From contig OZ361259.1 in NCBI GenBank assembly GCA_977018835.1, positions 1,116,001-1,180,000 of the forward strand: a DNA stretch of 64,000 bases, read 5' to 3'. The notes below the pieces were generated by a model that was not told where the DNA came from, ran no database searches, and saw only the letters and a program-made list of their open reading frames with translations. Positions 48,369-59,813 of this stretch are shown here, piece after piece; position 1 is the stretch's first letter; the number at the start of each line of letters is the position of its first letter. Source of the DNA: Minutocellus sp. GHC0000111. Taxonomy: Eukaryota. A program made the translations under genes and the position numbers.

Positions 48369-49394
48369 TTATAGCAAGACCGCCAAAAAGACGACGCAAA
48401 GAGCAGCATAGCCTCGGGACGAGCCACCACTTTCGTCGCGACGTTCAAGGATATCGGATCCATTCGTTTCAAGCACATCATTTCCTTCTACTGTTGCGAT
48501 GGCAAAACTTTCCATACCTGCCGAGACACCATGCACAGCCTGTGTAAAACCAGTGTCGCATGGGTTGGTAGCATCATGTGGGGTCTCTCCCGCCATACAA
48601 AACTTGCCGGTATCGTCGTAGTAAAGCGTAACCGGGCCCTCAGGGTTTGCCGAAGAAGCATTCTCAACTTCGTTGGCGTTAACTCCGTTACCTACGATGT
48701 GAGCCACAGACCCATCTTCTTGACCATACTGCAATATAACGCCATGGGTCGAAGCGAGGGTACTATCGATTGCATTTGCCTCGTCGTTCGATGTCAGAGA
48801 GGACGATCCAAACAATTCTGTTTTACTTTCGCTGGGACTATCCACACCAATGCCATTTTCGAGACCAGCCTCGTCGCGATTGGCACCAATATCTTCGGCA
48901 ATCATTGACTCCTCTCCATCAACATGCAACATATCAACGCCCTCCTTGACCACATTGTCTCCATTGATGGTGAGATCGACCGCACCAGACACTTCGCTGA
49001 TGATGTCATTTGCCGAAGCATTTATCTTATGCTTGCGCTTCTTGACGCCGGGCGCAGATCCTTCTCTGCACTTAGTCACTTTAGGTTTCTCTCGAATGCC
49101 ATTTAGAGGTTTGGTTGATCCCTTCAATCCAGGTACAGGCACGTGCCTATCTGCTGGTTCATCACCCAACCCATCTCTGGGTTGTGTCCGAGGAAGTGGT
49201 GGAGAAGGAGTGCAGGTTGGTGCAAAGAATTCGGCCTCGGGATTTTCGTCTCGCAGAGGAAATATATGAACCAATGAGCGCATACGAGAAGCTCGCGTTC
49301 CTTTCTTATGGGATTGGGCTTCAGCGACGCGCAAGCTAATCGGTCCAAGAATAAGGAAAAAGACAAGCAAGTTGTCACGCTTGACCAGGACCAT
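48369..49394 (-). CDS. Secreted, possibly GPI-anchored protein (copy B)
   Basis: Copy of 19800-20825. Confidence 0.65.
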   Translation of the reverse strand: MVLVKRDNLLVFFLILGPISLRVAEAQSHKKGTRASRMRSLVHIFPLRDENPEAEFFAPTCTPSPPLPRTQPRDGLGDEPADRHVPVPGLKGSTKPLNGIREKPKVTKCREGSAPGVKKRKHKINASANDIISEVSGAVDLTINGDNVVKEGVDMLHVDGEESMIAEDIGANRDEAGLENGIGVDSPSESKTELFGSSSLTSNDEANAIDSTLASTHGVILQYGQEDGSVAHIVGNGVNANEVENASSANPEGPVTLYYDDTGKFCMAGETPHDATNPCDTGFTQAVHGVSAGMESFAIATVEGNDVLETNGSDILERRDESGGSSRGYAALCVVFLAVLL

Positions 49395-49947
49395 CGTGGT
49401 GGAAGCTTTGTTCAAATGTATGGTTATTCTTTGATTTTTGCACACCAGCTCCGCAGCGACTGAACGTGGTCACAAGAAAATATTGTATCGTAACAGTGCA
49501 ACAGCAAACATTCATTTGAATTCTCTCTCAAAGCACAAAGTAGGAGGCAACTTTTGATGAGTGACAATGTCTCCACTCAATCAGTCTAAAATGGAGCACA
49601 AGAAGGTAGATCTGCCTCTGGAAAACAAATAACATCTACTCCTGTTGATACACCAGCGAAGCGGAGCTGCTGTCACAGGCACTGCCTCGCCATCGTCCCA
49701 CTATGGCATCATCAATATCATCAATATCGCAGTCAACAATCGATGCTCAGATGAAGAGCAACGCCGCACGCGTTGCTACGTACGTAGGCCTACAGTCACA
49801 AGATAAAAAATTGTGAAGCTCTGGCCGTCGTACGAAAGATACGTCAATTATTCGTCAAATCAGTCAATTCTTATCGCTCGCTCGTGCCGATGCCGTGCCG
49901 GCCAAGCAAGTTCATTAGTAGGACGCCACCCCCAAATTAACTTTCAC

Positions 49948-50151
49948 ATGTCTCGCAGTCGACAGGAACATCCCATAAACTGGGGCCGCAAGTTCCAGGG
50001 CGCGGCGGCTGGCTTCGCATGCGGTTCCGTGATTGGCATGTTCGCCAGCACATTACACTCGGGCAGAATTCGACCAACGCCGCAATCGCTCTCGGCCGCT
50101 TTATTTATGGGGACCGTACTTGGAATAGGCGGGGCGATCAAAACAAACTGA
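49948..50151 (+). CDS. Romo1/Mgr2-like small membrane protein (copy B)
   Basis: Copy of 21379-21582. Confidence 0.55.
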   Translation: MSRSRQEHPINWGRKFQGAAAGFACGSVIGMFASTLHSGRIRPTPQSLSAALFMGTVLGIGGAIKTN

Positions 50152-50321
50152 TAGAATTCTGCGTAGCAATGGCGGATGTGACGTACGCAACAACTATTCG
50201 TTTCTGATCGCCTTCAAGACGCACGCACGCACGCACGGGCCGGGCTATTCGATAGACTTATTTCACCATGATCATTTATCAAAATATCATAAATTCAGCG
50301 AAATCATTTTGCTCAGTATTG

Positions 50322-51395
50322 TTATCTACCCAACAATGACGTTTCGCTGAACCATTTTCGCACCGTATACACTTGTACGCCCGTCACTACGCAAAAGATG
50401 ACAGTCTGCAACAAACTGCTCAATACCATCCTGGAATGCGAATGCTCGTTGACGGCGGCATGGACCGTATTCCGATGCTGCTCCTTTTGTTGGTACTCCT
50501 TAATTTCTCCCAATAAACGGTTCAATCGCTTCAACTGATCATGCGTCGTCTTCAAATCCTCATCCTGCAATCCCTCTGGTGTCAGGTCCTCCATGTCTTT
50601 TTCCTCCTCTAACATATGCCGACGCTGGTACGTGTAGACATGTCCCGTGCGCTTATCGATCCCACCCAAGTCCGATGCTTTGCGCAGTTCCATTTCCACC
50701 GTAATGGGATACCACGAACTCTTGACACACAGGCGATACCACCCCGGGGCAACAATCGGTCCAAACGTCCTCTCCACGGCATCGCCCTCACTGGCCCGCT
50801 GGTGCTTGTCAACCTTCTTCTGCCGCTTGGCATCAATGGCCGCCCGGCGGTTGTTGATCTTTTGCTTCCGCTTCTCCGACCGTTCGACCGCCACGGGATG
50901 GTCATCGTCCAACACGTAGTCGTCGTCGTACTCATCGTCGTCGTCGGCCCGATCGAACGCGGCGTCGTCATCGTCCACGGCATCGTCGTCCCAATTGGCA
51001 TCGGTCTCAAAGTCAATGGCCATGTACTCCAGAATGTTGTCGCCCTGTCCCGCCGGGCCGGTGCCGAAGCGTCGTCCCTGGCCGTACCGGCCAATGCTGG
51101 CCTTGAGGTCGTGGGCGGTATCGCTGCCCGGTGGTGCGACGGCCCCCTCGAAGATGCCAGTCGCCTTGAGCTCGGCACCGGACGTGATGAAGACGGAAGC
51201 CGTGACGGATTTGTCCTTTTCGAGATACTCGTGCAGGCATTCCGAACCTCGTTGCGGGATCTTGTATTGGAGGGGAATGTGGGCCGATACCAGCAGCAGG
51301 GCGGGTTGGGCAAGCACGAGCAAGAACAGTGCGGATATGCAGGAGCGGCATGGTGCCGAGTGGCTCGCTCGCGTTGGTAATGCAGCACCTCTCAT
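50322..51395 (-). CDS. p24/emp24 GOLD-domain protein, native copy (357 aa)
   Basis: Complete ORF with ATG, signal peptide, GOLD cysteines and C-terminal TM helix. Confidence 0.85.
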   Translation of the reverse strand: MRGAALPTRASHSAPCRSCISALFLLVLAQPALLLVSAHIPLQYKIPQRGSECLHEYLEKDKSVTASVFITSGAELKATGIFEGAVAPPGSDTAHDLKASIGRYGQGRRFGTGPAGQGDNILEYMAIDFETDANWDDDAVDDDDAAFDRADDDDEYDDDYVLDDDHPVAVERSEKRKQKINNRRAAIDAKRQKKVDKHQRASEGDAVERTFGPIVAPGWYRLCVKSSWYPITVEMELRKASDLGGIDKRTGHVYTYQRRHMLEEEKDMEDLTPEGLQDEDLKTTHDQLKRLNRLLGEIKEYQQKEQHRNTVHAAVNEHSHSRMVLSSLLQTVIFCVVTGVQVYTVRKWFSETSLLGR

Positions 51396-51745
51396 TTGCT
51401 AAACAATATGTCAAGGACCACAAAAGAGATACACGTAGTCTCGGTGCTCTTCTGGCTCTGGCTAGCGTAGCTTGATAACCCAAGCGAGTGCACAGCTTCC
51501 AACCGTTGCCGATACTTCCAACGGACGGCCGACTTTTGTCTTCGTCATTTCGTCATTGTTGCTCATTTTTCGTCTTACCTTCGTCCGTCATGGTGGCGCC
51601 TGTTGTTTCCGTGCCAGCTGTTCGGCAGACGCAAAACCAGAACTTGCCATCACTCGAAAGATATCTGCCCAGTCCAACACTTTGCCGAATAACATTACTA
51701 CCTTCTTGATCACCAAGCCTCCAAGATTAATATAGAGAGCTCGAG

Positions 51746-52576
51746 ATGAAGCTTTGTGTGGCCTCCGCCATCCGCTTCGGCACAACTTGTGCTGGCTTTC
51801 ACTTGCGGCCAGCCGACGCCTTCATTTTCGGCCATGCAACTGCCCCGATAAGGGGGATAAATAATGCGAATCTTGCGATCCAATCATCGGCATCTCAGCA
51901 ATGTTCGCGCAGAGGAGCTCATTCGTCACAATTACAGTATAAGCCAGGGGGCAAAGATGACGAACATGCTGACGAGGATAACAATTCTGTTCGCAACGAA
52001 CAGAATTCCGATTCCGCCGAGGACGAGAAAGATACGATTTCTCCCGAGGCAACAATGAATGCCGACGATGCACTAAACTCCCAGATTGTTGAGGATGTCG
52101 ATTGCTATGACCTATGCGATGCATTTGGTGACGAGGAAGCTGCAGAAGGTCATGTTGTCTTTAGTCCTCAGCATAACTCGGCAACTCCTATAAAAGGTAC
52201 CCCTGCTGCCGCTGAAGTAGTCCCCTCCGCACAACAACAGCAAGAGGAGGCACCGGCAACACCGACCAAGGATGTCAAGACTATGCGTCAAAACTTGGAG
52301 TTACACTGGCAAATCACCTCCTCGTCCTCGGAATGTGACCTTGAGGCGGACATACGGTCCTGCAGCGATCCCTGCCCAACGTGCCATGGAAGCGGAAAGG
52401 TTGAGTGCCGATTCTGTGGCGGGACGGGATTCTTCACGCTGGGCGAAATGGTCATGGGCGGTGGAAAGGTGTGTCCGATTTGCAATCACGATGGAGAGGA
52501 GGAGTGCGTTCAGTGTCGCGGTAGCGGATGGGTTGCCAATTGGAGACAGACCAATTTGACTGGCCTTGAGCCTTGA
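51746..52576 (+). CDS. DnaJ-type zinc-finger (CxxCxGxG) protein, probably organellar
   Basis: CPTCHGSG, CRFCGGTG, CPICNHDG, CVQCRGSG; ADAF motif in the N-terminus. Confidence 0.8.
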   Translation: MKLCVASAIRFGTTCAGFHLRPADAFIFGHATAPIRGINNANLAIQSSASQQCSRRGAHSSQLQYKPGGKDDEHADEDNNSVRNEQNSDSAEDEKDTISPEATMNADDALNSQIVEDVDCYDLCDAFGDEEAAEGHVVFSPQHNSATPIKGTPAAAEVVPSAQQQQEEAPATPTKDVKTMRQNLELHWQITSSSSECDLEADIRSCSDPCPTCHGSGKVECRFCGGTGFFTLGEMVMGGGKVCPICNHDGEEECVQCRGSGWVANWRQTNLTGLEP

Positions 52577-52705
52577 TCTCAGCAAGTGTGCGCAATGTCA
52601 GATCGACCACCGGCCAGCACATGGCCGACTCTCCGGTACTGTACCTTTGTACATTCTTTACCTTGGGCTCAGCAGTATGTAAAAATGTAATTTAGTATGC
52701 TTGGT

Positions 52706-54963
52706 TTACATGATATTCTCGACGTTGCCATCCTTGTCCACAACGTACTTGCCGGGCTCGTCGATGATGATTTCCATCGCCTCGTGCTTCTTCATGGTGT
52801 AGCCACGGATGGCAACCTCCTCGGGGACGTCGGCGCCCTCGGGAATCTCTTCGACTTCGCACCCCTTATTTCGCACCACGAGGCCATCAACTAGAACACT
52901 GCAATCATGTCCTGTTCGGATGATCAGAGCACCATCGAGATCGAGATTCTTCACCGTCAGGCCTTCGCCCTCCAACACGAGTGATGATCGCTCGGTAATC
53001 TTTCCGCCCTCAATCTTGTTCATAATCTCCTCCTGGCTAATGGCAAAGCCGGGGCAAATGATGATGCGGGGTCCAGGAGTGACCGGAATACCCGCGATAG
53101 GGACCAAATCCTCTTCCTCCGATACCTTCAAATCGACACCGGCAAATTTGAGCTTGCGTTGGTTTTGAATGTACTTGTCGGATTCTGCGCTGGACATGGT
53201 ACCCGGAGCATTGCTACCACCCCGCACGGCCTCGATGCCCGACTCCAGCGAATTCTTGGCCGGACTGAACGAGAACCACCGATCAAAGTTGGTAAAGCCA
53301 ATGTTGACGTCGCTGCCCATCTCTTTTTGGAACAGCTTGGGAATGTCCTGTATCATGCATTCCAGCCGAGTGGGCTTCTTGAATTCCGTCCGAGGTCTTT
53401 GTATTTAGGATTCACAAACTCTACTACGACGCCCTGGTCCTCTCCGCGCAAAGTCTTGGCATAGGCATCCATGCCAATAACGAGAATGTTGCTATTGCCT
53501 GGGTAGGGAGAGTATCCCGTCGCTGGATCGGCAACATCGCCCTTGCGATCACCCTGCGTCTTGAGCAGGGGATCGAGCTGATTGTATTCCACATTGATCG
53601 TCAGACTCTTTTCAGGATCAGAGTTGTGTCTGGAAAAAAGAAATGGATGAAAAGGTAAGATACAACATAAGTTGAAAAGCAAATGCACGTTGCAAAGTAA
53701 TCAAGGAACAAAGCCATCGCACAAAACTCACTCCAATCTCGTAATGGCACCGGCCGCCTCTCCCGCAAGTCGAGGAATGGTAATGCTGTTCATATCAAAC
53801 TTCTTGGCAATACTGACACCCAGCGCGGGCAGCACACTGTTGATAATCAAAGCATTGGTATCCTGCAGAAACACCACGTGCTTCTTCCCCTCCTTCTCCC
53901 ATCGGTCGATATGGCCCTCCCTCAGCAGCAAATGATGCACGTCGCCGTGACCATGGGGCTTGGTCTCGACGTCCCACCGACTGTCGCCCAGACTCAAACC
54001 CGCCATGGAATCCTTGAGGGCCGCCACCTTGTCCTGGCAGACGATGGAGACCTGACCGGCCTCAAAGCCAAAGTTGTCGTTGTCTTCCAACAGCTGGCGA
54101 GTGGGTGCGTCGGTATCGCCACTGGTCATGATCACGAGGGGGATGCGCACCTCCTTTCTGCCGGTCTTGACGTGGGCCATTCTCTGCATCGCCTGAATGT
54201 ATCGGGCGTACATGGCCAGGTAGCTCTTGTTGGTGACCAGGTTGGTCTCCAAACTCAGCTTGATGCCGGAGTAGCCCAACCGCTCGCCCAGTCCACCGGC
54301 CACCAACACAAAGGCCACGGAATCGATGCCCGTCAATCCCGTCTGCTCGGCCTCGGTAAAGGTCATACCGGTGTGATCGTCGGGTTCGAGGGTGTCGTAT
54401 ACCAAATTTTCTCCCTCGGGGACCGACGCCTCAAAGTCCGAAAAGGGGTTCGTCCCGTCGGCGCTCTCCTTGAGGAGGACGCGGGCCTTGCCCAGATAGG
54501 CGGTGAGTCCACCTGGGTAGGAGGCGTCGAGATCGGCCAACTTTTCCGTGAGGCGGATCTTGCCGTCGTCGTCGGTACCGGCCGCGGGCCAGTCGGCGTA
54601 GACGTGGGTTTGGGCGTTGATTCCGGCGTCGCCCTCGATGAGGTTTTGGAGGGCCGTTTGGCCGCGAGGGGAGAGGAGGGACCAGTTGTCAGCGCTGACG
54701 ATGCCCTCGAGGGTGGAGGGGAGGGCGGTATCGGCACCCGCCGAGGCGGTGGAAGAAGCAAGAGCACCTCCTCGCGGCAGATTGGCAATTGGATTCAGCC
54801 GATTTTGAACTGCATGTTTAGGAACGAAAGCAGGCAAGGCGATGCCACTCTGTGGGGCAGTTCGAGACGACGCAGCCATGGACGACGACGTCCCAAAGGC
54901 CGACGCCGAGCAGCCGGAGGTGGCGGCAAGGACGAGGAGGGAGGCGGCACCGCTGAGCTTCAT
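52706..54963 (-). pseudogene. UDP-sugar pyrophosphorylase (USP) with plastid-targeting presequence; intron 53630-53731; frameshift near 53393
   Basis: VLVAGGLGERLGYSGIK, KPHGHGDVH, FLQDTN, NVEYNQLDPLL, EFVNPKYKD then a shift to RTEFKKPTRLECM.QD. ASAFG motif. Confidence 0.85.
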
Positions 54964-55832
54964 GGCTACTAGTATGGCCTGGGCTTTTTGAAGAAATACC
55001 GGTAAGTCAAAAAGATCCGATCGAGCACGGGCAGACGAAGACGGCAACGCGCTCTGATGCGATGTATCTTCCGCTCTGACAGCGAGATGATGTGACGATG
55101 GTGGCCGGAAGATTCGACCGGCCGCTGTGGAAGAACAGGCACATCATTGTTGAAGCGGGGCCGAGATCAAAACACGTACTTCAGCGAGTCGAACGAGTCA
55201 CATTATGTATTGGGTCATTGGTAAGCTCGCCAGCATAGCATAGCAGCAGCAGAGCACAACTTGCGGCGGCGCGGGCCAAGTGGCGACGATGTCAGATATG
55301 TGCCAATGCTGGAAGGAGTAGATCAGGCTCAGAACGACTAGATCTACTATTCCGATCTATTTGGATCTGGTATCGCCGACCTACTTCCTGAAGAGAGCGA
55401 TGCCGACGATCATGGCGATGAAGAAGACCATGCCCATGACTCCCACGACGATGCCCGTGATTCCCACGACGATGTCGACAAAGACTCCGATGGTACCACC
55501 AGCCCTGCCGGAAAAAAATGGGTGAGAGCCCATCGGTTCCAAGGCCCGTTCTTGCCGCTGTTGCATTTGCCGTGTTTGTGTAATTATCTTATATATGTGT
55601 GGTATTTACGATAACTAGAGCTTGCTAGCATCGATAATCTTTGGGTGTACGTGTCTTTTTATGAGTGAATTCACATCTTTTCTCAGCATTTTGGAATACC
55701 AGTGATCAAGCGATAAAGAGCACACAGGCATCATGAGTTGAGTTGCGTATTCTTCCTCTAATTCACATCTTTTCTCCACGACATCTATCTCGTTTCTGGA
55801 CCAATCATCAACGTTGAAATTACCCGCGATAT

Positions 55833-58139
55833 CTAAGCATTGCAGGCCGGGTTGCCCCATTCCTTGCAGGTCTTACCCAGATGAATAGACGAGCAGAAAG
55901 CTTGAAGGCCAGATCCAGAGCAACTCGCGATGCCACTGGGACAGTCCGGACCATCGCAACAGCTGCATGGGTCGAAGGTGGAGTAAAAGCAGCTGTTACT
56001 GCCGTTATTGTTCTCACAAACGACGGCCGACGCAAGGAAGTCACTGTATTTACAAGGCCAGTCCTTCTCCTTGAGGCAAGACACTTCGCTGCGATGGAAC
56101 TCAGCTCCGTAGCACGAGCTACCGCCATAGCAAGAGACAACCGAGTCGGCGAACTCGGCAGATTTGCAAGCTTGCTCGTCTTGGCAGTACACCGTGCATT
56201 CCTCTACCTCAAGCTCGACGCAGCTATCATCGGCAGTGCAGTAGTGGTGGTCGGATCTAAGGGAGCATGTAGCATCAGACGTGTCGATTGCATGTACCTC
56301 GCTTGTTGAATCATTGCGCTCAGTCGAAATATCTGTACAGGCTGGATTGCCCCATTCCTTGCAGGTCTTACCCAGATGAATAGACGAGCAGAAAGCTTGA
56401 AGGCCAGATCCAGAGCAACTCGCGATGCCACTGGGACAGTCCGGGCCATCGCAACAGCTGCATGGGTCGAAGGTGGAGTAAAAGCAGCTGTTACTGCCGT
56501 TATTGTTCTCACAAACGACGGCCGACGCAAGGAAGTCACTGTATTTACAAGGCCAGTCCTTCTCCTTGAGGCAAGACTCTTCGCTGCGATGGAACTCAGC
56601 TCCGTAGCACGAGCTACCGCCATAGCAAGAGACAACCGAGTCGGCGAACTCGGCAGATTTGCAAGCTTGCTCGTCTTGGCAGTACACCGTGCATTCCTCT
56701 ACCTCAAGCTCGACGCAGCTATCATCGGCAGTGCAGTAGTGGTGGTCGGATCTAAGGGAGCATGTAGCATCAGACGTGTCGATTGCATGTACCTCGCTTG
56801 TTGAATCATTGCGCTCAGTCGAAATATCTGTACAGGCTGGATTGCCCCATTCCTTGCAGGTCTTACCCAGATGAATAGACGAGCAGAAAGCTTGAAGGCC
56901 AGATCCAGAGCAACTCGCGATGCCACTGGGACAGTCCGGGCCATCGCAACAGCTGCATGGGTCGAAGGTGGAGTAAAAGCAGCTGTTACTGCCGTTATTG
57001 TTCTCACAAACGACGGCCGACGCAAGGAAGTCACTGTATTTACAAGGCCAGTCCTTCTCCTTGAGGCAAGACTCTTCGCTGCGATGGAACTCAGCTCCGT
57101 AGCACGAGCTACCGCCATAGCAAGAGACACCCGAGTCGGCGAACTCGGCAGATTTGCAAGCTTGCTCGTCTTGGCAGTACACCGTGCATTCCTCTACCTC
57201 AAGCTCGACGCAGCTATCATCGGCAGTGCAGTAGTAGTTGTCTGATCTAAGGGAGCATGTAGCATCAGACGTAACAATAGTAGGAAAATTGGGCTCAGAA
57301 GATGGTTCCTGGTTGTCGGTGGTAGGTGTGGTCGGGGTAGTACTGGCAGGTGTGTTTGGAGTAGTACTGGCAGGCGTGTCAGGTTGAACGTAAACGGAAG
57401 TTTCTTTCTGTGGCTCTTGTGGTTTGGCAGTATTACCGCCATCACTGGTGGGGGCGGAAGGCGTGCCGCCTTGAGGGAGGACTTTAGATCCGGTGTTGGG
57501 TTCGGTAGCAACAACATCGGGGGTATCTTCATCCTCAGCTACGGGACAATCACCTCCATCCCAGTCGCACTGCTCGTTGCTATATTCATCTCCATCGCAC
57601 TTCCCGTCCCCAATCAACGACGGATTGGGCACGTGGCAATTGGGATACATCGTATTGTAATAAATACAATCGCCTGCATCCCACAGACATTCTGCAGTGT
57701 TGTACAGCCCTCCGTTGCACATGCCATCACCGACGAGAGATGGATTAGGAACCTTGCAGTCTGGCAAAAGAGGATGGGCCTTGACGTTTGCAGTACTGGA
57801 GCGAGCACTGTCATCCTCCCCGCAACAGGATTTTGGTGTAAGAAGAATCGCCAGAACAACGCCGACTGCAACGACGACAAGTACCGCAAGCGATACGAGG
57901 AGGACCTTCTTGCGGGTGCACCACTTGCCAGAGCCGTCCTCTGACTTTTACTTGGCTCCAGCCGAATCGATGACGATACCACCAACTTTGGCGTCACGAA
58001 CGATGGGGACGGCGCTGGTAACTGACATGGTATCCAGATCGATGGCGACACTGCCGTTGTTGGCGGCGGGCTCGTCTGGTGGGGAAAAGTCGACCTTCGC
58101 CTGAGGAGGGGCCGACGGGCTGGGTTGCGTGTTGACCAT
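55833..58139 (-). pseudogene. Type II membrane LNR (Lin12/Notch-repeat) protein with three Cys-rich 165-aa repeats; in-frame TAA at 57948-57950
   Basis: GDGMCNGG.YNT.EC.WDAGDC motifs and TM segment KKVLLVSLAVLVVVAVG. ORFs 57948-58139 and 55833-57767 are in the same frame. Confidence 0.75.
55836..57272. repeat. Intragenic tandem repeat, 495-bp period, about 2.9 near-identical copies
   Basis: ORFs recur at 55881, 56376 and 56871. Confidence 0.95.
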
Positions 58140-59813
58140 CGTTGATTATACTCTACGGCCGCAGCGTTGAACAAACGAGGAGAATATATTAGGAACAATT
58201 AGAACAATATCACCGACGGACGTGCAGCGTTTGATCCGAGAGTTGTGCAATGCATTTAGGACATGATACCGGTACGATGAGGATTCTTGACATGCAGTAC
58301 CTGGGTTCGTACTTATTCAAACGAAATTATATGATCACAGCCAACTCACCGACTTGATTGCTTTGTTTTTTGCTTGATTCGCTTCGTTCGTTTGTTTGAC
58401 TTCTTTTTATGAGCTCAAAGTCGAATAAAAAAAAGACATGAGAGCCGTCCAAGATCTCCATTCGGTCGACGCCGCCGTCGGTGCGAGCCAGCCCGGCCAA
58501 CCATGCGACCCGAGGAAGACCTTGGTTGAAACCTGCGATGTTGGGCCATTGCAATACCAGGGTGCCAAAAATATTGCTCAACCATGTGTAGAACTGCTCA
58601 GCACGTCTTGCCCGCGATGGTGTTGTCCATAATCACTATGGCTGCATTGACAACGGCTTCAAAGCACATCATGTGCAATGCGGTCCGCTGGTCGACATCG
58701 AGGCATGGTATGCCCAGACATCCGATGGGCCCAGGCCAACGTCCAAAGCCGTACCACACACCCTCCTCCTATTCTTCAGCACAGGCGTGTGTGCGGGACG
58801 GCGCCGCGGCCAGAAAGCAGCGCTAATTCCGCTGGAATAGTTACATTCCACGCAGAGGGAGAGGCCGGGTACCGTCCATCGCATGCGGCGGGAGTTGGGG
58901 CTGCTGTCGTCCACTGGTCAACGCCAAATCGACCAAACAGAGCCCAGATGTATGCCCACGTTCAGGGATTATACAATACCGCCAATAGTTTCCTCGCTAG
59001 GCACACACGGCGGCAGCAGCACGCCGCCCCGATGCCGCATCTTCGTCATGGTTGAAGAATGAGGTGGCCGACCAGCACAAAACGAGCCTGCCAGCAAAAA
59101 AGGGACGCTTGCTCGATGCGAAGCCAAAAATAGAACCGGCTTTGGCGGGAGCGGAAGAGCAGGTCGGCGGCCGACTTCGAAGCCGGGGGAAGGTTCATAA
59201 ATCGAATAAGAACACTGCCATCAACTCAAAGCAAAGGTAAGCAAAGCGCATCGACGGAGCCTGTGACTAGTATGGTGCTTTCGTTGGATCAACGGCATGA
59301 AATCTCACATTATGCGGCCGTCTACTTTGGATGATCCGCTCCTCTTACTTTCGTCTCTCACACTCTCGCCGTCCTGACGACAGACAGCACAAGACACATT
59401 GCCAGCATAATCGACCTGAATCAACGATCACCAGCCAGAAGTTCTAACAATCGAAAAGGTGAGAAGCAGAGGCATTGTCGTTTGAGTGATCATAGAAAAT
59501 GGGCAGCGGTCGTTTGGACCGAGATACTACGCAGTAAAAGTAGCCCAAGCACACCAGGAACGGCGAAGATGATAAATGGAAATGATCCTCTTTGTACTAT
59601 TGTAATTTGACGCAAGATTTACCTAATCCGAATGAATCTTCTCATGCACTCTCACATTACTAGTACATTACACCCAGGTACAGGATATTCCAACTCGCGA
59701 CTCTACAATTATACATCTGATACAAAAAACTTTCAACTCAATCGACGATCTACCGGTACGATTCCAACTTCATATTGAGCCATTCGTTGGATCAAATCAT
59801 CAGCGAAATCACA

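Larger units (their letters stand above)
33376..51372. repeat. Segmental duplication, copy B (part matching copy A inside the window)
   Basis: Near-identical to 1-22803 minus two 2.4-kb units and one CCAG unit. Confidence 0.97.

Noticed and set aside
55836..57272. CRISPR-like array or satellite
   Set aside because: In-frame 495-bp coding repeats with no unique spacers.
58327..59240. Short ORFs between the two LNR genes
   Set aside because: No motifs or coding signature; probably intergenic or UTR sequence.
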